DNA of 64,000 nucleotides, taken from Daphnia carinata. Its lineage: Eukaryota. Of the stretch, positions 28,801-40,803 are shown one piece after another (position 1 is the first letter of the stretch; each line of letters opens with the position of its first letter). The position numbers and the translations under genes are program-made. A model generated the notes under the pieces. It saw nothing but the letters and a program-made list of their open reading frames with translations. It was not told the origin of the DNA and did not search any database. The stretch spans positions 11,842,001-11,906,000 of the forward strand of contig NC_081331.1 of the NCBI RefSeq assembly GCF_022539665.2. Direction: 5' to 3'.

Positions 28801-29791
28801 AAAGAAAGTAAGATGGATGGCAAATCTGATCAATTTTCATGTTTCTAACTGTTTTTTTTTTTATTGTTTTTCTAACGCATAGCTGGGAATTTGCAATTAT
28901 TGTTCATCTCTGCCGGAGTCGTGGGTGGAATCGTATTGTTAATCGCTTGCGTGATGGTCATCGTCGTATGCCAAAGAAGATCCAATAAAAAAGTAGAAGG
29001 TATGCTAAAGTTTTAGACTATCTAATAGATATTGAAAATAACTTTTTGTTTTCTTTCTTGGCAGAAGGAGACAAAGGCGACAGGACGTCGAAGCAGTCGG
29101 ATCAGACGTCCAACAACGATTCCGACCTGAAGGTTGACATCAGAACGGCGTCGTCGTTGAGTAATCCGCCGGAATCGGAGCAGTGGGATGACAGCAGCGA
29201 GAGGATTACTCCTAGGGCTGTCATCACCAACGGCGATGCCATGTATCGCTACGCCGGAGACTATACTGACGCCAGTTTCCCCCCGCCCAAAGCCGAGGGT
29301 CACAACAACAACGGATACGTGCCTTATGTCGATTACGGGAGAGACTACAATCCTGCCTTCGGTAAATATATACCCTGGCAATAGAACAAAGCTTAGGATG
29401 ACGGTCAAAACTTTTTGATGGTTTTATAAAACGCCCATTCTTTGTTTTTCCTTTTCGTGCAGCCGGTGTATCGAATAGTCAAGCCTCGCTCTACACCGCC
29501 AACCCTCACACGGTCATACCGATGACAGGCATCGATCCGCGCTTCTCGGCCGCTTACGGCAATCCCTATTTGAGAAGTTCAACAACGTCGCTACCGCCGC
29601 CGCATTTGAACGGCGGACTCACAACGTACGGCTCGGTCAGGAACGGCCCCGCGCCTCAAGTCGGTCCAGCGCGGACGCCGCCACCTTCCGTCGCTGCCGT
29701 CTCCTCCGCAGCAGCCGTATCTCCTCACTCTCAGTACATTGTGTCAAACAAAGCCCAGCTCAAACCGGGTACTTTGGCAACCCACGTCTAA
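22806..29791 (+). CDS. kirre: Kirre/IrreC-roughest (Neph/KIRREL family) 5-Ig-domain type I membrane adhesion protein, about 792 aa (806 aa with the upstream ATG exon)
   Basis: Exons with GT-AG boundaries and matching phases: 22806-22924, 23004-23272, 26329-26564, 26629-27094, 28102-28353, 28426-28560, 28649-28807, 28883-28999, 29065-29361, 29463-29791 (total 2379 nt, divisible by 3). Hydrophobic signal segment WSLVVLAFFCCVGVSNG. Ig1 (QRFEREPEDQTAVVGETVVMACRV...LQWTKDDFGLG...RYSMIG...DDGRFQCQV) is typical of the Neph/Kirre family, followed by four more Ig domains. TM segment LLFISAGVVGGIVLLIACVMVIVVC and C-terminal THV. Kirre versus rst paralogy is not resolvable here; the THV end fits kirre/NEPH. 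Confidence 0.92.
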
Positions 29792-30410
29792 CACAGAAAT
29801 TGCCCATCATATTGTAAACAAATTCTCCCTCCCCTTTTTTGCCCCATGTCCTTTGTTTCAAACTGTTTTTCATTCGCCCGTAATCTTTATATATATATCC
29901 CAACTAACCAGTTCGTTTGTCATTGAAAACCTCGTTTGTTTTGTTTGATTTTGGTCCTCTATTTTTGCTGATGAACCATGTTGTGTGCCGTCGCCAGTCA
30001 GCCTCTTGTTTCCTCTTCGACGACTTCCAACGATCTTGATGATGACGCGGATGGCAGAGGCTACTCAAACCAGAATTTTTGTTAAAATATATCATGTACT
30101 TTGCCGTGCGTGTCAGGGCGCGAACGTCTATTCACTTTTCTTGGTCGAGAAAAGTTTACAATGCGGGTCAAGGTGTCTAAACGCGGAATGCCGAGGAGAA
30201 AAGACAATGGCAAACGTTTTGAGCCGTTGGTTTTGTAACGACAGTCAAAACAATTGTTGTCTATGAGCTATAAAGAGAAACTTGAAATTATTTTTCTTCC
30301 GAATTTTGAGATTGGTTTGTGACTTGGAAGAATTAAAGCTCTTCGTGGTGTGTTCCGCAACGCGCTTGACACACACACACAACCAACACAACTTCCTTGC
30401 CACTAATGTA

Positions 30411-30416
30411 AATAAA
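30411..30416 (+). promoter_or_regulatory. Candidate polyadenylation signal for kirre
   Basis: AATAAA about 620 nt after the stop codon, with U/GU-rich sequence downstream (tttatcttgtgtttt). Confidence 0.35.
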
Positions 30417-30962
30417 TGAAAGAGGAATTTCGGTCGCCTCTTTATCTTGTGTTTTCGATTCTCGACTCCCGAGGTTGTACAAAAATCCTCATACAAGTTT
30501 GTGCTGTAAATATTTTCCATTGAATTCAAGATAATGCTGCCCGTTCATTTCGCCACCATTTATGACTATTTAATCAGCCCAAGATGCCAAAGTTCCTGTG
30601 TTAGGTCGATAATCGATCGATCACAAACGGGCCATGATTCAATGTTCTTCATCATATACCGTAAAAAAATTTATAGCCACGGCGAGCAACTTTTTGTATC
30701 ATGTGCTGCTGACTTTTCTGGCTCGATTATCGGAAGAAAAGATTATAAAATGGTGGACACGATTTTTGCATGTATGCAGACTGGCCGACTTCGTTCTTTG
30801 TATGCATTGAATACACAATGTGTTGACTTCTGAAAACTTTTGTTTCATCAATAAGTTATTTCCCCTTTCGAGAACAAGTTCGCTACAAAAGGTAAGGCGA
30901 AAATTCAAAACAATATACCTCTTTTATAACTTGAAGTGTCATAAAGGCTTTTACTGTCAAGT

Positions 30963-32612
30963 TCATGCTTTTTCATCGGATCTCTTGAGCTCATTATATG
31001 CTTCCAAACGCTTCAACCACTGATCCCAGTAGTATTCACACTTGTCTCTGTCCAATGTTAAAACATCGGCAGGTCTACCCGTCGGATATGCGATGACTAA
31101 CAACGCATTTTCTACCTGCTAGAAGGAAACAAATTAGTAGTGAAATTCAAGCAAACAATAGGCATGTATTATTATGATTGGAGTTTATATATACCTTAAA
31201 TGGGTATTTTTCATCAGCATTCAAAGCACCAATCTAAATGAAGGAAGAGAAATTTTTATCAAATGCATAATAAAAAAATGTAGACAATTAACGTTAGAAA
31301 TGTAGAAAACTAACGTAGGCCGCAATTTGAACGGGGTCGTCGTAGGCATCTTCCAGCGTGGATTTTGTTCTCTGAGACGTTTTCCACTCAACAACTACAA
31401 CATTATCTCTGAAAAAAACAGAATTTAAGGTCAAATACTTAACAAAGAGAACAGAAAGGGTTTCTTTTTCTGCAACAAGAGGTGTTTACTTGTACTTGCA
31501 GACGCAATCCACGAATCCTTTATACTTCAACTGTTGGTGCACGACGTAGCTCTCTAGCACGAGAACGTCTTCTAGTGAATTCAAAATCGATTTCATACTT
31601 AGCCAGTGACCGGAAATGCGTGGTTCGACTCGTATCGAACTGTATTCAACTCCTCTAAGGTAAGTCTCAATACTTGTATGTAGTTCTTTGCCTACCAGCT
31701 TAGCCTCTAAGATGTGATACAATATATGAAATGACAGCATAGATAAACAAGATTGGTAAGACAGATATGCAAGTAAAATCACTCCTTAGTAAAGCAGTTA
31801 CCACATTTTTCTACCACTACAAGCTATTTTAAAATAATATGACCTCTCATGAATTCTTTGAGGCCTTCTTCTCCTACTTCAGCTATTTTTCTTTTACGCC
31901 ACAATGCTAACATCATTTCACTCTTGTCTGACATTGTCTTGTTCAACACTTGTGTCACACTAGGGACATCAACTTTGGCACTTGCTATTGTTATAATGTC
32001 TTTGGAGGTTGGAGGTATAAATTCTTTTTTTAGAACCATAGGGAAGGGAAGAATAATATCATCTTTTTGAAAATATGGTGCACTAGGTAGAATGTTTTCT
32101 GCAAGTTTGATACTTTGAAAGTTTACGCTTTCGTGAGTTGGATGTTGTTTAGTTTGTACTTTACTTGAAGATTCTCTCAGTACTGTGGTGATCGGTTTTG
32201 TTGCTTCCAGAGCAAGATTTTTGTGAGCTATCTTGACAGTATTGTTTGGGAAACCTGTTTTGCTGAGCTTTAACTCAACAGACGATTCATTCCACAGACT
32301 GATAGGTAGAAGCGAGTCATCCGCTTCAATGGCTGTTTTCTCTTTTTTGCCAACTGGAGAGTTGTTTTCCTTTAACTTTTTTTTATCTTCTTTAATGATT
32401 GGTCCAAATAATGCCAAATTTGTTTTATTCCATTTCAATAACTGCAGTTTCCTCTTGTGGGCTTTTTTATCTACGACTTTATACAATTTCTCGGGAATGT
32501 CCTCGTCTTTCCGAAACGTAGTTGACGTGAAAATCGATTTCTCGCCATTTAGAATTCTTAACCGAATGATATTGGAACGGAAAATAACAGTCGCCGTCCT
32601 AACACCATGCAT
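30963..32612 (-). CDS. MGME1: Mitochondrial genome maintenance exonuclease 1 (PD-(D/E)xK nuclease), about 423 aa
   Basis: Exons on -: 32612-31844, 31706-31490, 31408-31315, 31233-31195, 31115-30963 (1272 nt, in frame, GT-AG). Arg-rich N-terminus resembling a mitochondrial presequence. Family motifs: PSVTQVLNKTM...LALWRKRKIAEVGEEG, GKELHTSIE, LESYVVHQQLKYKGFVDCV, VVEWKTS, YDDPVQIAAYIGALNAD, YWDQWLKRL. Confidence 0.92.
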
Positions 32613-35600
32613 GCTGCAGCTCTTTTAAGTTAGGTGAAGAGCTGTTGTTTACAAATATGCTTACCATCTGTCTGCTGCTATTGGCATGCAAGAGCAGTGT
32701 ACCTAGTAACTGCTAAATTTGTTAAAGGGCTGGCCGGCTGGTCCGCACTCCACGGTAATGAATAATGATTCGTGGATCCCGGGCCAGTTGAAGGATGTAA
32801 TTCCACAGATTGCATGAGTACGGAGAAAAACTTTGAAAACCTTACCTCTATGGAGCTCATGTAAAAGCAAAAAGTCGCTGTCACGAAGGAAATCCGTTAG
32901 TCAGGCAAACAAATCGGCATGCGTCATAACGAATATATCCGCCTTAGGAAGTTGAGAAAAACCAGACACTTGCTATATAATATCTACGAGTTTCACTGGA
33001 TTGCTTGGGGCGCAATGCACGGAAATGGATTTTTAAAGTATAAACAGGGTCTTAGTTCAAATTTCCATAATTCACAACGCTGTTAAGAGTACTGAACCAG
33101 TACAGTATCAAGCACGCTTAAGCTTTAGGCTCGATGCCATTCTCAACAGTGCTGCGCTTCGTATAATTAATTGCTTGATAGCTAAACAAGAAACCAGCTG
33201 ACTCAATTACATGGCCTGGTTTTATCGCAATTATTCGGCGGTCTCTTTTCGTTCTTTTTTTTACATTTCAGACACTGTTCATAATCACATGTAATGGTAA
33301 ATTATAAATTTTCATTTCACGACTACTCTTTTAAGAAAACAAGGTCTGAATTTCTTTCGAATGAGATTAATTATGAATTTTAAACGATCGTTTTGGCCAT
33401 AGATTTAATGAAACATGTTGGATTCGTTTTGTTTTGGGAAAAAAAAGTACGGGTCCCAACAGTACTAATTATTGCTGAAATTTTAAAAAATTTTATGTTT
33501 TGTATTTCTGGCAAACCGAAAAACCACCGAAGCGCGACAAAAAGATGTAAATGTTAAAAAAGTTATGCAATCCGCAATAAATTTCCACTACGGAATTTAC
33601 ATTTTATGTCGATTGCAACGTAATAAAATTGTGTCAACATACTTATTAAAGAAGAGTCCTTTTGCATGTCTAACAAAACACTCCATCAGTGGGGGGGAGG
33701 AGGGGGGGAGGTTATATTTTTTACTGTGTCAATGAGGTCCATTTTCCCGTTGGACTTTACCGACTCCAGCATATACCCCCCAGTAGTGTCGCAACACATC
33801 AGCCGTGCAAATTTTCCCGGTGGTATTTTACCTTTTTTAATGAGAAATTGTGAAACGGACGATAGTATAATAATACAAAAGAAACGTATGCGGCACTTGA
33901 GAACGTTTTCAAGTCTATTTCTCTTTAGCGGTCGAGATTTCAGCTATAAAATCAAAAACTAGGTCAGAACTTGCAAGAAAAACTCGGAAAGTAGTAAATT
34001 AAATCGAGCGCTGCATCGTGTGAAGTTTTTGTGGTGTCTCGTACACCAACATTACCGACGCTAAGAGATTTAGAGAATGATAAATAGGTCGAAGATGAGG
34101 TACGCATAGCTTTAAGAATCACCGACTTTAACTTGTTGCTCAGCGGATTTCTCTCCAAAATATTTTTAGAGATTAACAGAAACGGCGGAAATCACCGTTT
34201 TGTCAGTGGCCCGCCATATACAAAATCATGCAGTTATGTGCAGAAAAAAAAATAAAAAACTCGAACGATATTTAGAGCTATGTTTAGGTTAGTATTCGTG
34301 CGTCCAAGCTAACGGTACGCAGCCAGCCTTGCCGGTAGAGATGCGCGGGAGGGATTTGCCTTAACTACTCTTTGTGTAGTCTACTGACACAGTTTCCAGC
34401 GTTTTTTTTTTGTTGCTGGTTGCTTAGTTCTACACTGCCTTATGTCAAGATAAAGCTTGGTGATAGCTAGCTATTAAAATAAAATTTTAAAAGGATCCGG
34501 TTCAGAGTGGATTTGTATAGCGCTGCATAAGTAAACGTTTTGCCAAACTAAAGCTAGCCTAATTTCCAAGGTCCAGTTTTATGGACCCGTATTGTTCTGT
34601 TCGGCCCTTTGAACAGGAATGGACCCGTCAAATCAAATGTTGATCGATTGATGTGCTGACTCGCCATACGGGTATCATTACGCAATTGTTTTCCCAGCGT
34701 CCTTACGAATAGAGCGCGTGTACGTAAAGATTCCAGTTTTTCTGAAAAAAGAAACATGCTGGTAACTGCGAGAATTTGGACAGTGTGGAGCCCATATTGT
34801 CCCGTTTCCTGTTGGTTGTCAGTCAAAGCTTTTGCGATGTTATTTTTTTGTTGTTGTGTTCTTTGTGAGAAGCAATTCACCTGTGGTGAACAGGTATTAC
34901 ATTCACTCTAGAGCGCGACACCCGTGCGAAACAAGAGCTCATCATGGTGGGACATAATGAAGGAGCGACACTATATACTACTTGGGCTTCGTGGTGTTAT
35001 TACTACTAGACTCCGTAGAACGTACGTTAAACATAGCCCATTAAACTCCAGGTCTAACAAAGGCCCACTAACCTGCAGTCCTAGAATAAGACTACATGCT
35101 CGGCTTGCGGTCGTTCCCGCCATGAATAGAAGAAGCAACAGCAGGCGGAAAAAAAAGAGAGAAGACACCTACTTCTCCCCCATTCTTTTTTTTTTTTCTT
35201 TTACCTGATGCAGTTGTTATTGTTGTTGTGCTTTCCTTTTACCTTTTCTTTTCCCGAACGAAAAAGGAGGGGTCTTCCAAAAATGTTCCTCAGTCTTCTT
35301 CTTGACGTGTTGCATTGCGGAACCATCAACGAGTGCGGAGAGAAATCGTAAAGAGTTTTGGTTCAGAGACGATAATCGCTTGCTGCAATTTTGCCTTGAA
35401 ATTGCATTGAGGTAAAAATAAAAAACAAAAGTCCCCATTGGTCTGTTACACAAAGGCAATCCACCGTGAAATGTTCCAGTCCACCGCAACTTGGACGCGA
35501 TCAAATTGAGTGCCTCTCGACAAGACAAGAACCCTGTGATTGTGCCTTCTTGTTTTCGATAAGGCCATAATGGATTGTCAAAGTTGAACGATCACCCACA

Positions 35601-36053
35601 ATTGAAAAACATAACCACTATTAGTGATTCGAAGAAAAACCAGCAGTTTTGCCACACTATAATTTTTTTGGATTGAAGTTCTCACAGGTAAATATTTAAC
35701 TTGTATTCTGTACTGTACTTTTCCTATAGGTATTTCCGTAGCCATAAAATGCTTTTCCGAGTTGAACAACCAAAACGAACAGGAGCCATTAGCGAATGAC
35801 TCGAGAGAGTCGTAATGTCGTCAACGGTTATTTTCCGTGCGGCTTACATTGCAAGCCGTTATAATCGTTAAAAAAGATTAAAAAAATAAAATTCAAGGTT
35901 TGACATTCGTGATACCATGTACCTATAGTTGCTTATTGCGATTCCCCTGCATCATTACGTGGAAGGTCGTGGTTGAAGACGGCTCCCTGTATACATGTTT
36001 TTCAGATGTACTTTTTTTTCTCTCTTTTTGTTTCAAATGTTTTAGATCTCGTA

Positions 36054-38924
36054 ATGGCAGCAGCTATTACGATGCAAATATTGTGCTGGATTTCTATCGT
36101 CTTCATCAGTCACGGAAGTAGTTTGAACGTGAATCGCCCTACGAACAGATGGGCTCGCAGTGATGACGCCTCAGACGGCTGGCAGGCCTCCAATGGGCCG
36201 TACAATCCGGGGCCTTACCCAATATCTCGGCCGGCAGTAACAGAAGTTATCCCCACGGCTTCCACGACTTCCACGGCCTCCACGGTCTCCACGGTCCCTA
36301 AGGCAGACGAAGGATTACATTTTCTTACGGCAGCTTCACCCGAAGGTTTCTACGAAGTTATGGTGGGAAATAAGAGTCCGATTTCAGGAATGATGGGAGC
36401 CGGTGGTAACTATGCTTCAACTGGGTCACCGGATGTGATTATAGGCCGGGTCATGTCGGCAACGGCAGGGATTGAATCTGCCACAACCACATCGGGCATA
36501 GGTTATTCTCATCCGCCTGGTCTCGTCAGTTCGACAACAACTGTCATCGAAGAGGAAAAGAAGAAAACCGAAGCGGAAAAAGAAACGGAAGAGCGGAGTG
36601 AAATCAGGGACGCGCTTGAAATGGAAAGTCGTTCCACTTCGGGTGATTCTTTTTTTAAGAAGAACGATTACTCGTTGCCACCTGGTAGCTTTTACTTGCC
36701 AGCCGTGTCGAGGAAAGATCATAAATATTACTCTGATTCAGAAAAAGCCATCTACATTCCGCTGCGCCGAAAAGAACCACAGATTCAATCTTTCCCAGTT
36801 AGAACTCGTATTGTTCTGGTGAACAAGAACCAGCCAGTTACGCCAGTTGTTTTCAGCCCACCGCCTGCCTTTTACAATAAAAACGATGAGGAAGAGGAAG
36901 AGGAGGAAGTAGAAGAGGAACAGGAAGATAGAACCGCAGATGAAGATGACCAGGACAATGAAGACGATCAAAATATTTCAGGTCCTCTTCAGAAAGATAA
37001 AGATGATCAACCTACAACTCCTGTCCAATCCCATTCGAGCGCTTTAGACCTCGTAATGACCCTGTACCCTAACTTACCCAAACTGGTACCTACCCCATAT
37101 TTCAGCACGCAACACATCAAGAACTTTCTGAAACTTCACGGTAGACCACCTAACGTTGGCGGAGAAGTGAGCAGCGGTAGTTCGACTAGCGTTATTCACG
37201 AGGCCAAAGTGGTAACCCCTCCGCAAGGTTATTTACCCCAGTTGCTGCCAAAGCCGACAATCAAACCTTCCGTCATCAACGAAAATGCCCTTCTGACCCA
37301 GTCGAGATTACCGAGCAAAGGGAACTCGGGTTCTGTCTCATTCTACCCGTCAAATTGGACGCATCAGCTAACCGCACCGACCACGGGTCCCGCGAAAACT
37401 ACAATTCAATTCGTCCCTTTCACTTCCGAAGATATCAGCCCGTTGAACTTTCTACTCCCGTCAGTTGCGTCTGTCACGGAAAAAGTCACGGCCACAGATC
37501 AACCGAATACGCGTTCGAACTATGTTGCTGGCAGTTTGCCTCCTCCTAACGGGGATTTGATTGCCGATACGAACGTACATATCGCGCAGAAAGAACCCAT
37601 GAAAATCGTCCCTGCACCGAAACTAGACTTCACGTGGAATCAGTACCAGCCGGTACCATCTGAAACTGTTCCGCAATCAAATGATAGAGGTGACTTTACC
37701 TCCCTCAATGTTCTCGTTAATAACGATGGAAAACAAAATGACGTGCAACAAGTTCAGAAAGGGCAAGATCCTCAACACGAAACAAGAACAAGTCCGGTTC
37801 AACAAGAACAATCTCCTGGAGAAACAGCCGAAGTAGTCGTCCGAAGTAAAATGGCTACATCCGGGAACAATCCGGGAAATGATGCGCATTGGCCAGAAAA
37901 CACAGATACAGCCGATATCATAACGGGCTATTTTAGCGGATCGGCTATTTCGTCAACGATAAAACCCATACAAGATGAAAGAGAAATACAAACAACAACG
38001 CCGCCGCCGGTACCGAGGACAACAATTCCCCCCATTCCCGTGGAAGAAATCGCCACGACGACGGTAGCGAGCCGAGATGATGAGATCACCAGACCGACAA
38101 TACCATCGATTCCCGAGCTTCACGGCAATTTCCAGCCGAGTTTTGGGAAGTTTCCTTATCATAATGGGCCACAAGATCATCCTCGTCAACCAGAACTGGC
38201 ATCCAATGTACCGCTAGTGTCGCAATCGCCGGCCATACGTGTCGCCAAAAATGATGAGAATAGCAGCACCACCTTTTCGGCTCCTCTCGGCTTACCCAAT
38301 CTTGCGGATGACCAGCACGTAGCTGGATCTCAGATTCACGAGACGTCCGTTTACGAAGAAAATATTCCCCGCGTGCGGCCAATCAAACCGCAATCGGCTG
38401 GATCAGAAGGCGAAGGCAAGTCATCGACACCGTTTTACAAGGTGGGGAAGATGTCACCTCAAGGAGCCATGTACACTGTTACTCAGGGCCATTCCAAAGT
38501 TAAGTTCTTCGGGTACAATGCATTGCACAACGGAGAGCTGAAACCGATTGAAGGCAAATATTTCACCAGCCTTCTTAAGAAGCATGAACAACAACAACGC
38601 GATTCCGATTGGAAATTCAGCCCGTATCTACCTGTCAGATTGTCTAGCGGTGGTACGAATCCGGCTTTCAAAATTATTCCTAAAAAATCCATCCCGATTT
38701 CAAATGGAAAGAAAGCCACTATACGGCCTGTCTTCTTCGCCAAGAGACCCAGCAGCTCAAACATTTCAAGTGGCTCATCATCTAATGACGGTGAAGAGCC
38801 GTCCAGCGACGCATCCTGGCTTCCCAGTATTGCTGTCAGCGAACCTTTCGAGTATCATGCTCATCTCCAGAAAATGGCCGAAGATCATGGCCGCCTCCCA
38901 ACAAGCCAATCTCCCTCCACATAA
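36054..38924 (+). CDS. Uncharacterised secreted, S/T/P-rich, largely disordered protein (about 956 aa, single coding exon)
   Basis: 2.9 kb open frame. The first ATG after a polypyrimidine/TTTAG acceptor (ending 36045) is at 36054. Signal-peptide-like MAAAITMQILCWISIVFISHGSS, an RWAR site, an acidic tract and PTS-rich segments. AATAAA lies at 39143-39148. Confidence 0.82.
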   Translation: MAAAITMQILCWISIVFISHGSSLNVNRPTNRWARSDDASDGWQASNGPYNPGPYPISRPAVTEVIPTASTTSTASTVSTVPKADEGLHFLTAASPEGFYEVMVGNKSPISGMMGAGGNYASTGSPDVIIGRVMSATAGIESATTTSGIGYSHPPGLVSSTTTVIEEEKKKTEAEKETEERSEIRDALEMESRSTSGDSFFKKNDYSLPPGSFYLPAVSRKDHKYYSDSEKAIYIPLRRKEPQIQSFPVRTRIVLVNKNQPVTPVVFSPPPAFYNKNDEEEEEEEVEEEQEDRTADEDDQDNEDDQNISGPLQKDKDDQPTTPVQSHSSALDLVMTLYPNLPKLVPTPYFSTQHIKNFLKLHGRPPNVGGEVSSGSSTSVIHEAKVVTPPQGYLPQLLPKPTIKPSVINENALLTQSRLPSKGNSGSVSFYPSNWTHQLTAPTTGPAKTTIQFVPFTSEDISPLNFLLPSVASVTEKVTATDQPNTRSNYVAGSLPPPNGDLIADTNVHIAQKEPMKIVPAPKLDFTWNQYQPVPSETVPQSNDRGDFTSLNVLVNNDGKQNDVQQVQKGQDPQHETRTSPVQQEQSPGETAEVVVRSKMATSGNNPGNDAHWPENTDTADIITGYFSGSAISSTIKPIQDEREIQTTTPPPVPRTTIPPIPVEEIATTTVASRDDEITRPTIPSIPELHGNFQPSFGKFPYHNGPQDHPRQPELASNVPLVSQSPAIRVAKNDENSSTTFSAPLGLPNLADDQHVAGSQIHETSVYEENIPRVRPIKPQSAGSEGEGKSSTPFYKVGKMSPQGAMYTVTQGHSKVKFFGYNALHNGELKPIEGKYFTSLLKKHEQQQRDSDWKFSPYLPVRLSSGGTNPAFKIIPKKSIPISNGKKATIRPVFFAKRPSSSNISSGSSSNDGEEPSSDASWLPSIAVSEPFEYHAHLQKMAEDHGRLPTSQSPST
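36252..36297 (+). repeat. Coding 9-bp tandem repeat (about TCCACGGCT x5) encoding PTA-STT-STA-STV-STV
   Basis: cccacggct tccacgact tccacggcc tccacggtc tccacggtc seen directly. Confidence 0.8.
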
Positions 38925-39142
38925 TCAAGAAACCGGATGACGGAATATGTGACGTTTCATCCCTTTTGCCCTATTTATTTAGTTTAACCACTGTTCATAA
39001 TTACCTAGATGACCTGACATCTCCTAAATGATCGTATAAGCAACTTGCACTCACACACACACAAACACAAAGAATTAACCTCTAATGTGATTGATCCATG
39101 TTATTTATATGTTAATCGTGTGATTTAACAAAACACTATATG

Positions 39143-39148
39143 AATAAA
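39143..39148 (+). promoter_or_regulatory. Polyadenylation signal of the 36054-38924 gene
   Basis: AATAAA about 220 nt after the stop codon, in an AU-rich 3' UTR. Confidence 0.55.
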
Positions 39149-40803
39149 GGATCTAACAAAGTTAAAATGAACACGGAGGCTGAAATCATTCTGTTCGTGT
39201 AAGTTTGAGTACGAATTCATAAAGCAGGTGGTGTCGTATTAATTAATTATTAATTTTTGACACATATACAGATTGTAGGACATGTTGAGCGTTTCTGGGG
39301 GGTTGGAAAAATAAAGACGCCATCTGCTTCTGCATGCATTTTTTTTCAGGTCAGTTGTATAATAAAGACCATTAATTTTTTTTTTTCTTTCTGTCGCGTC
39401 AGCTGTTCGGTAACCTCCTCTTTGCTTAGTTCCCGTTATATGTTTGGTTATCCTTTATTTATATAGTTAGAGTTATTTGCATTGTGCCTGGCTTATTCAT
39501 CTGACAAACATACTAACTTCCAGGATTCTCTCTTTTTTTTTTGTCTTTTTTACCCATTTTAGTTGAGGATAATAATGCCCCAGCTTTCTTTTTTTATGAA
39601 GCGCATCTTATTTCCTCGGATCCGCTCTATTTTTAGTGAAATTTGTGACAAATCTCAGTGTTCTTATCAGACCAACGTTTATTTCAATTACTTGAAATTA
39701 TAAGTAAGTTTTAAAACCCTATTATTTATTTATTAGTTAAATACCAACTAAAGTAAATCTTGCATTGTCGCTTAGCAATTCAGCGTATGAAACTTGGTTA
39801 TTTTGCGGGGAACTAGCAAGCACTACAGAATAAAGACTAAAATTGAAACAGAAGCAACTAGGTTGAGACTGACAAACAGAGCTGGAGTTAATAGCAGCTA
39901 TTGTGGTCCCTGGGAAAGGAAATTTGGCTTGTGCATAAATTACAATTACAAATCCTTGGGTGATATCAATTATGGATGTAATGAGATGTGTCAAGCTAAA
40001 CTGTCTTCTGCAGGACGCGTCAGCACGCGCGTTGGCACCTAGCGCCATCGTGCGAAAAGTTTCTGAACTTTGTTAGGGAGCAGCAGCATTTGTGTGCCCC
40101 TCCACAGTTGTCGCTTTATAATATTTTTTTCGCATACAACCATCAGTCGCAAGCTCGGGACTGCATCGTCAAAACGGATTGTACGTGATTCTATGGCAAT
40201 ATATGTAGTGATTGCGTTTGAACAATTAAAAAGTGTATTTTAGAGAAACAATATTTTTCCAGCCTTGCTTTGCCTTTTCTAGTGGCCTAAGTGTTGTGTC
40301 GAGTTTTCTTGTTGACAAGTGTTGGCGGCCATATTGCTGGCTTCCCACTCTATTCTTCAGTAGACGCCCAAAGCATATACAACAGAGCAGCGGGGGCGGT
40401 GTGCCAACCACTCGTACAACAGAAAAAGAAAAAAAAAGAAGCCCAAGAAAGATCAAGAACAGTTTTGCTTCATCGATTGGATCCACAAGTTGTATGGAAC
40501 ATCGAATCTCTCAGGATTAGATCGCCTTGTTTGGACTTAACTTTGCTTCATCATCTTGTTGTGCCTCAACAGCTTGTGTTGTCTTTTCTCCACTTCTTTA
40601 GACATACTCCAGATTTGACACTTTGCATATTGGCGAGCTGTATAGATCCTGTGGTGTCATTTGTCATTGCCTTTTGGCAGTGTCCCAGACTTTTTGCTTC
40701 CTGTGAGGAATTTCTTTCCACTGCATTACTCTTGTCAATGTGTCATTACGTGCTATGGGTGCAACCTCAGTGCCTTGTGGATGAGTGATATCTCGATGAA
40801 AGT

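Noticed and set aside
32622..32667. ATG|GTAAGC on the minus strand upstream of MGME1 (possible ATG-only exon)
   Set aside because: The only in-frame acceptor gives a 43-nt intron with no pyrimidine tract, shorter than any other intron here; the other acceptors are out of frame.
35973..36053. ORF-track N-terminal extension of the 983-aa ORF
   Set aside because: Starts at TTG and runs through an intronic polypyrimidine tract and acceptor; the true start is more likely the ATG at 36054.
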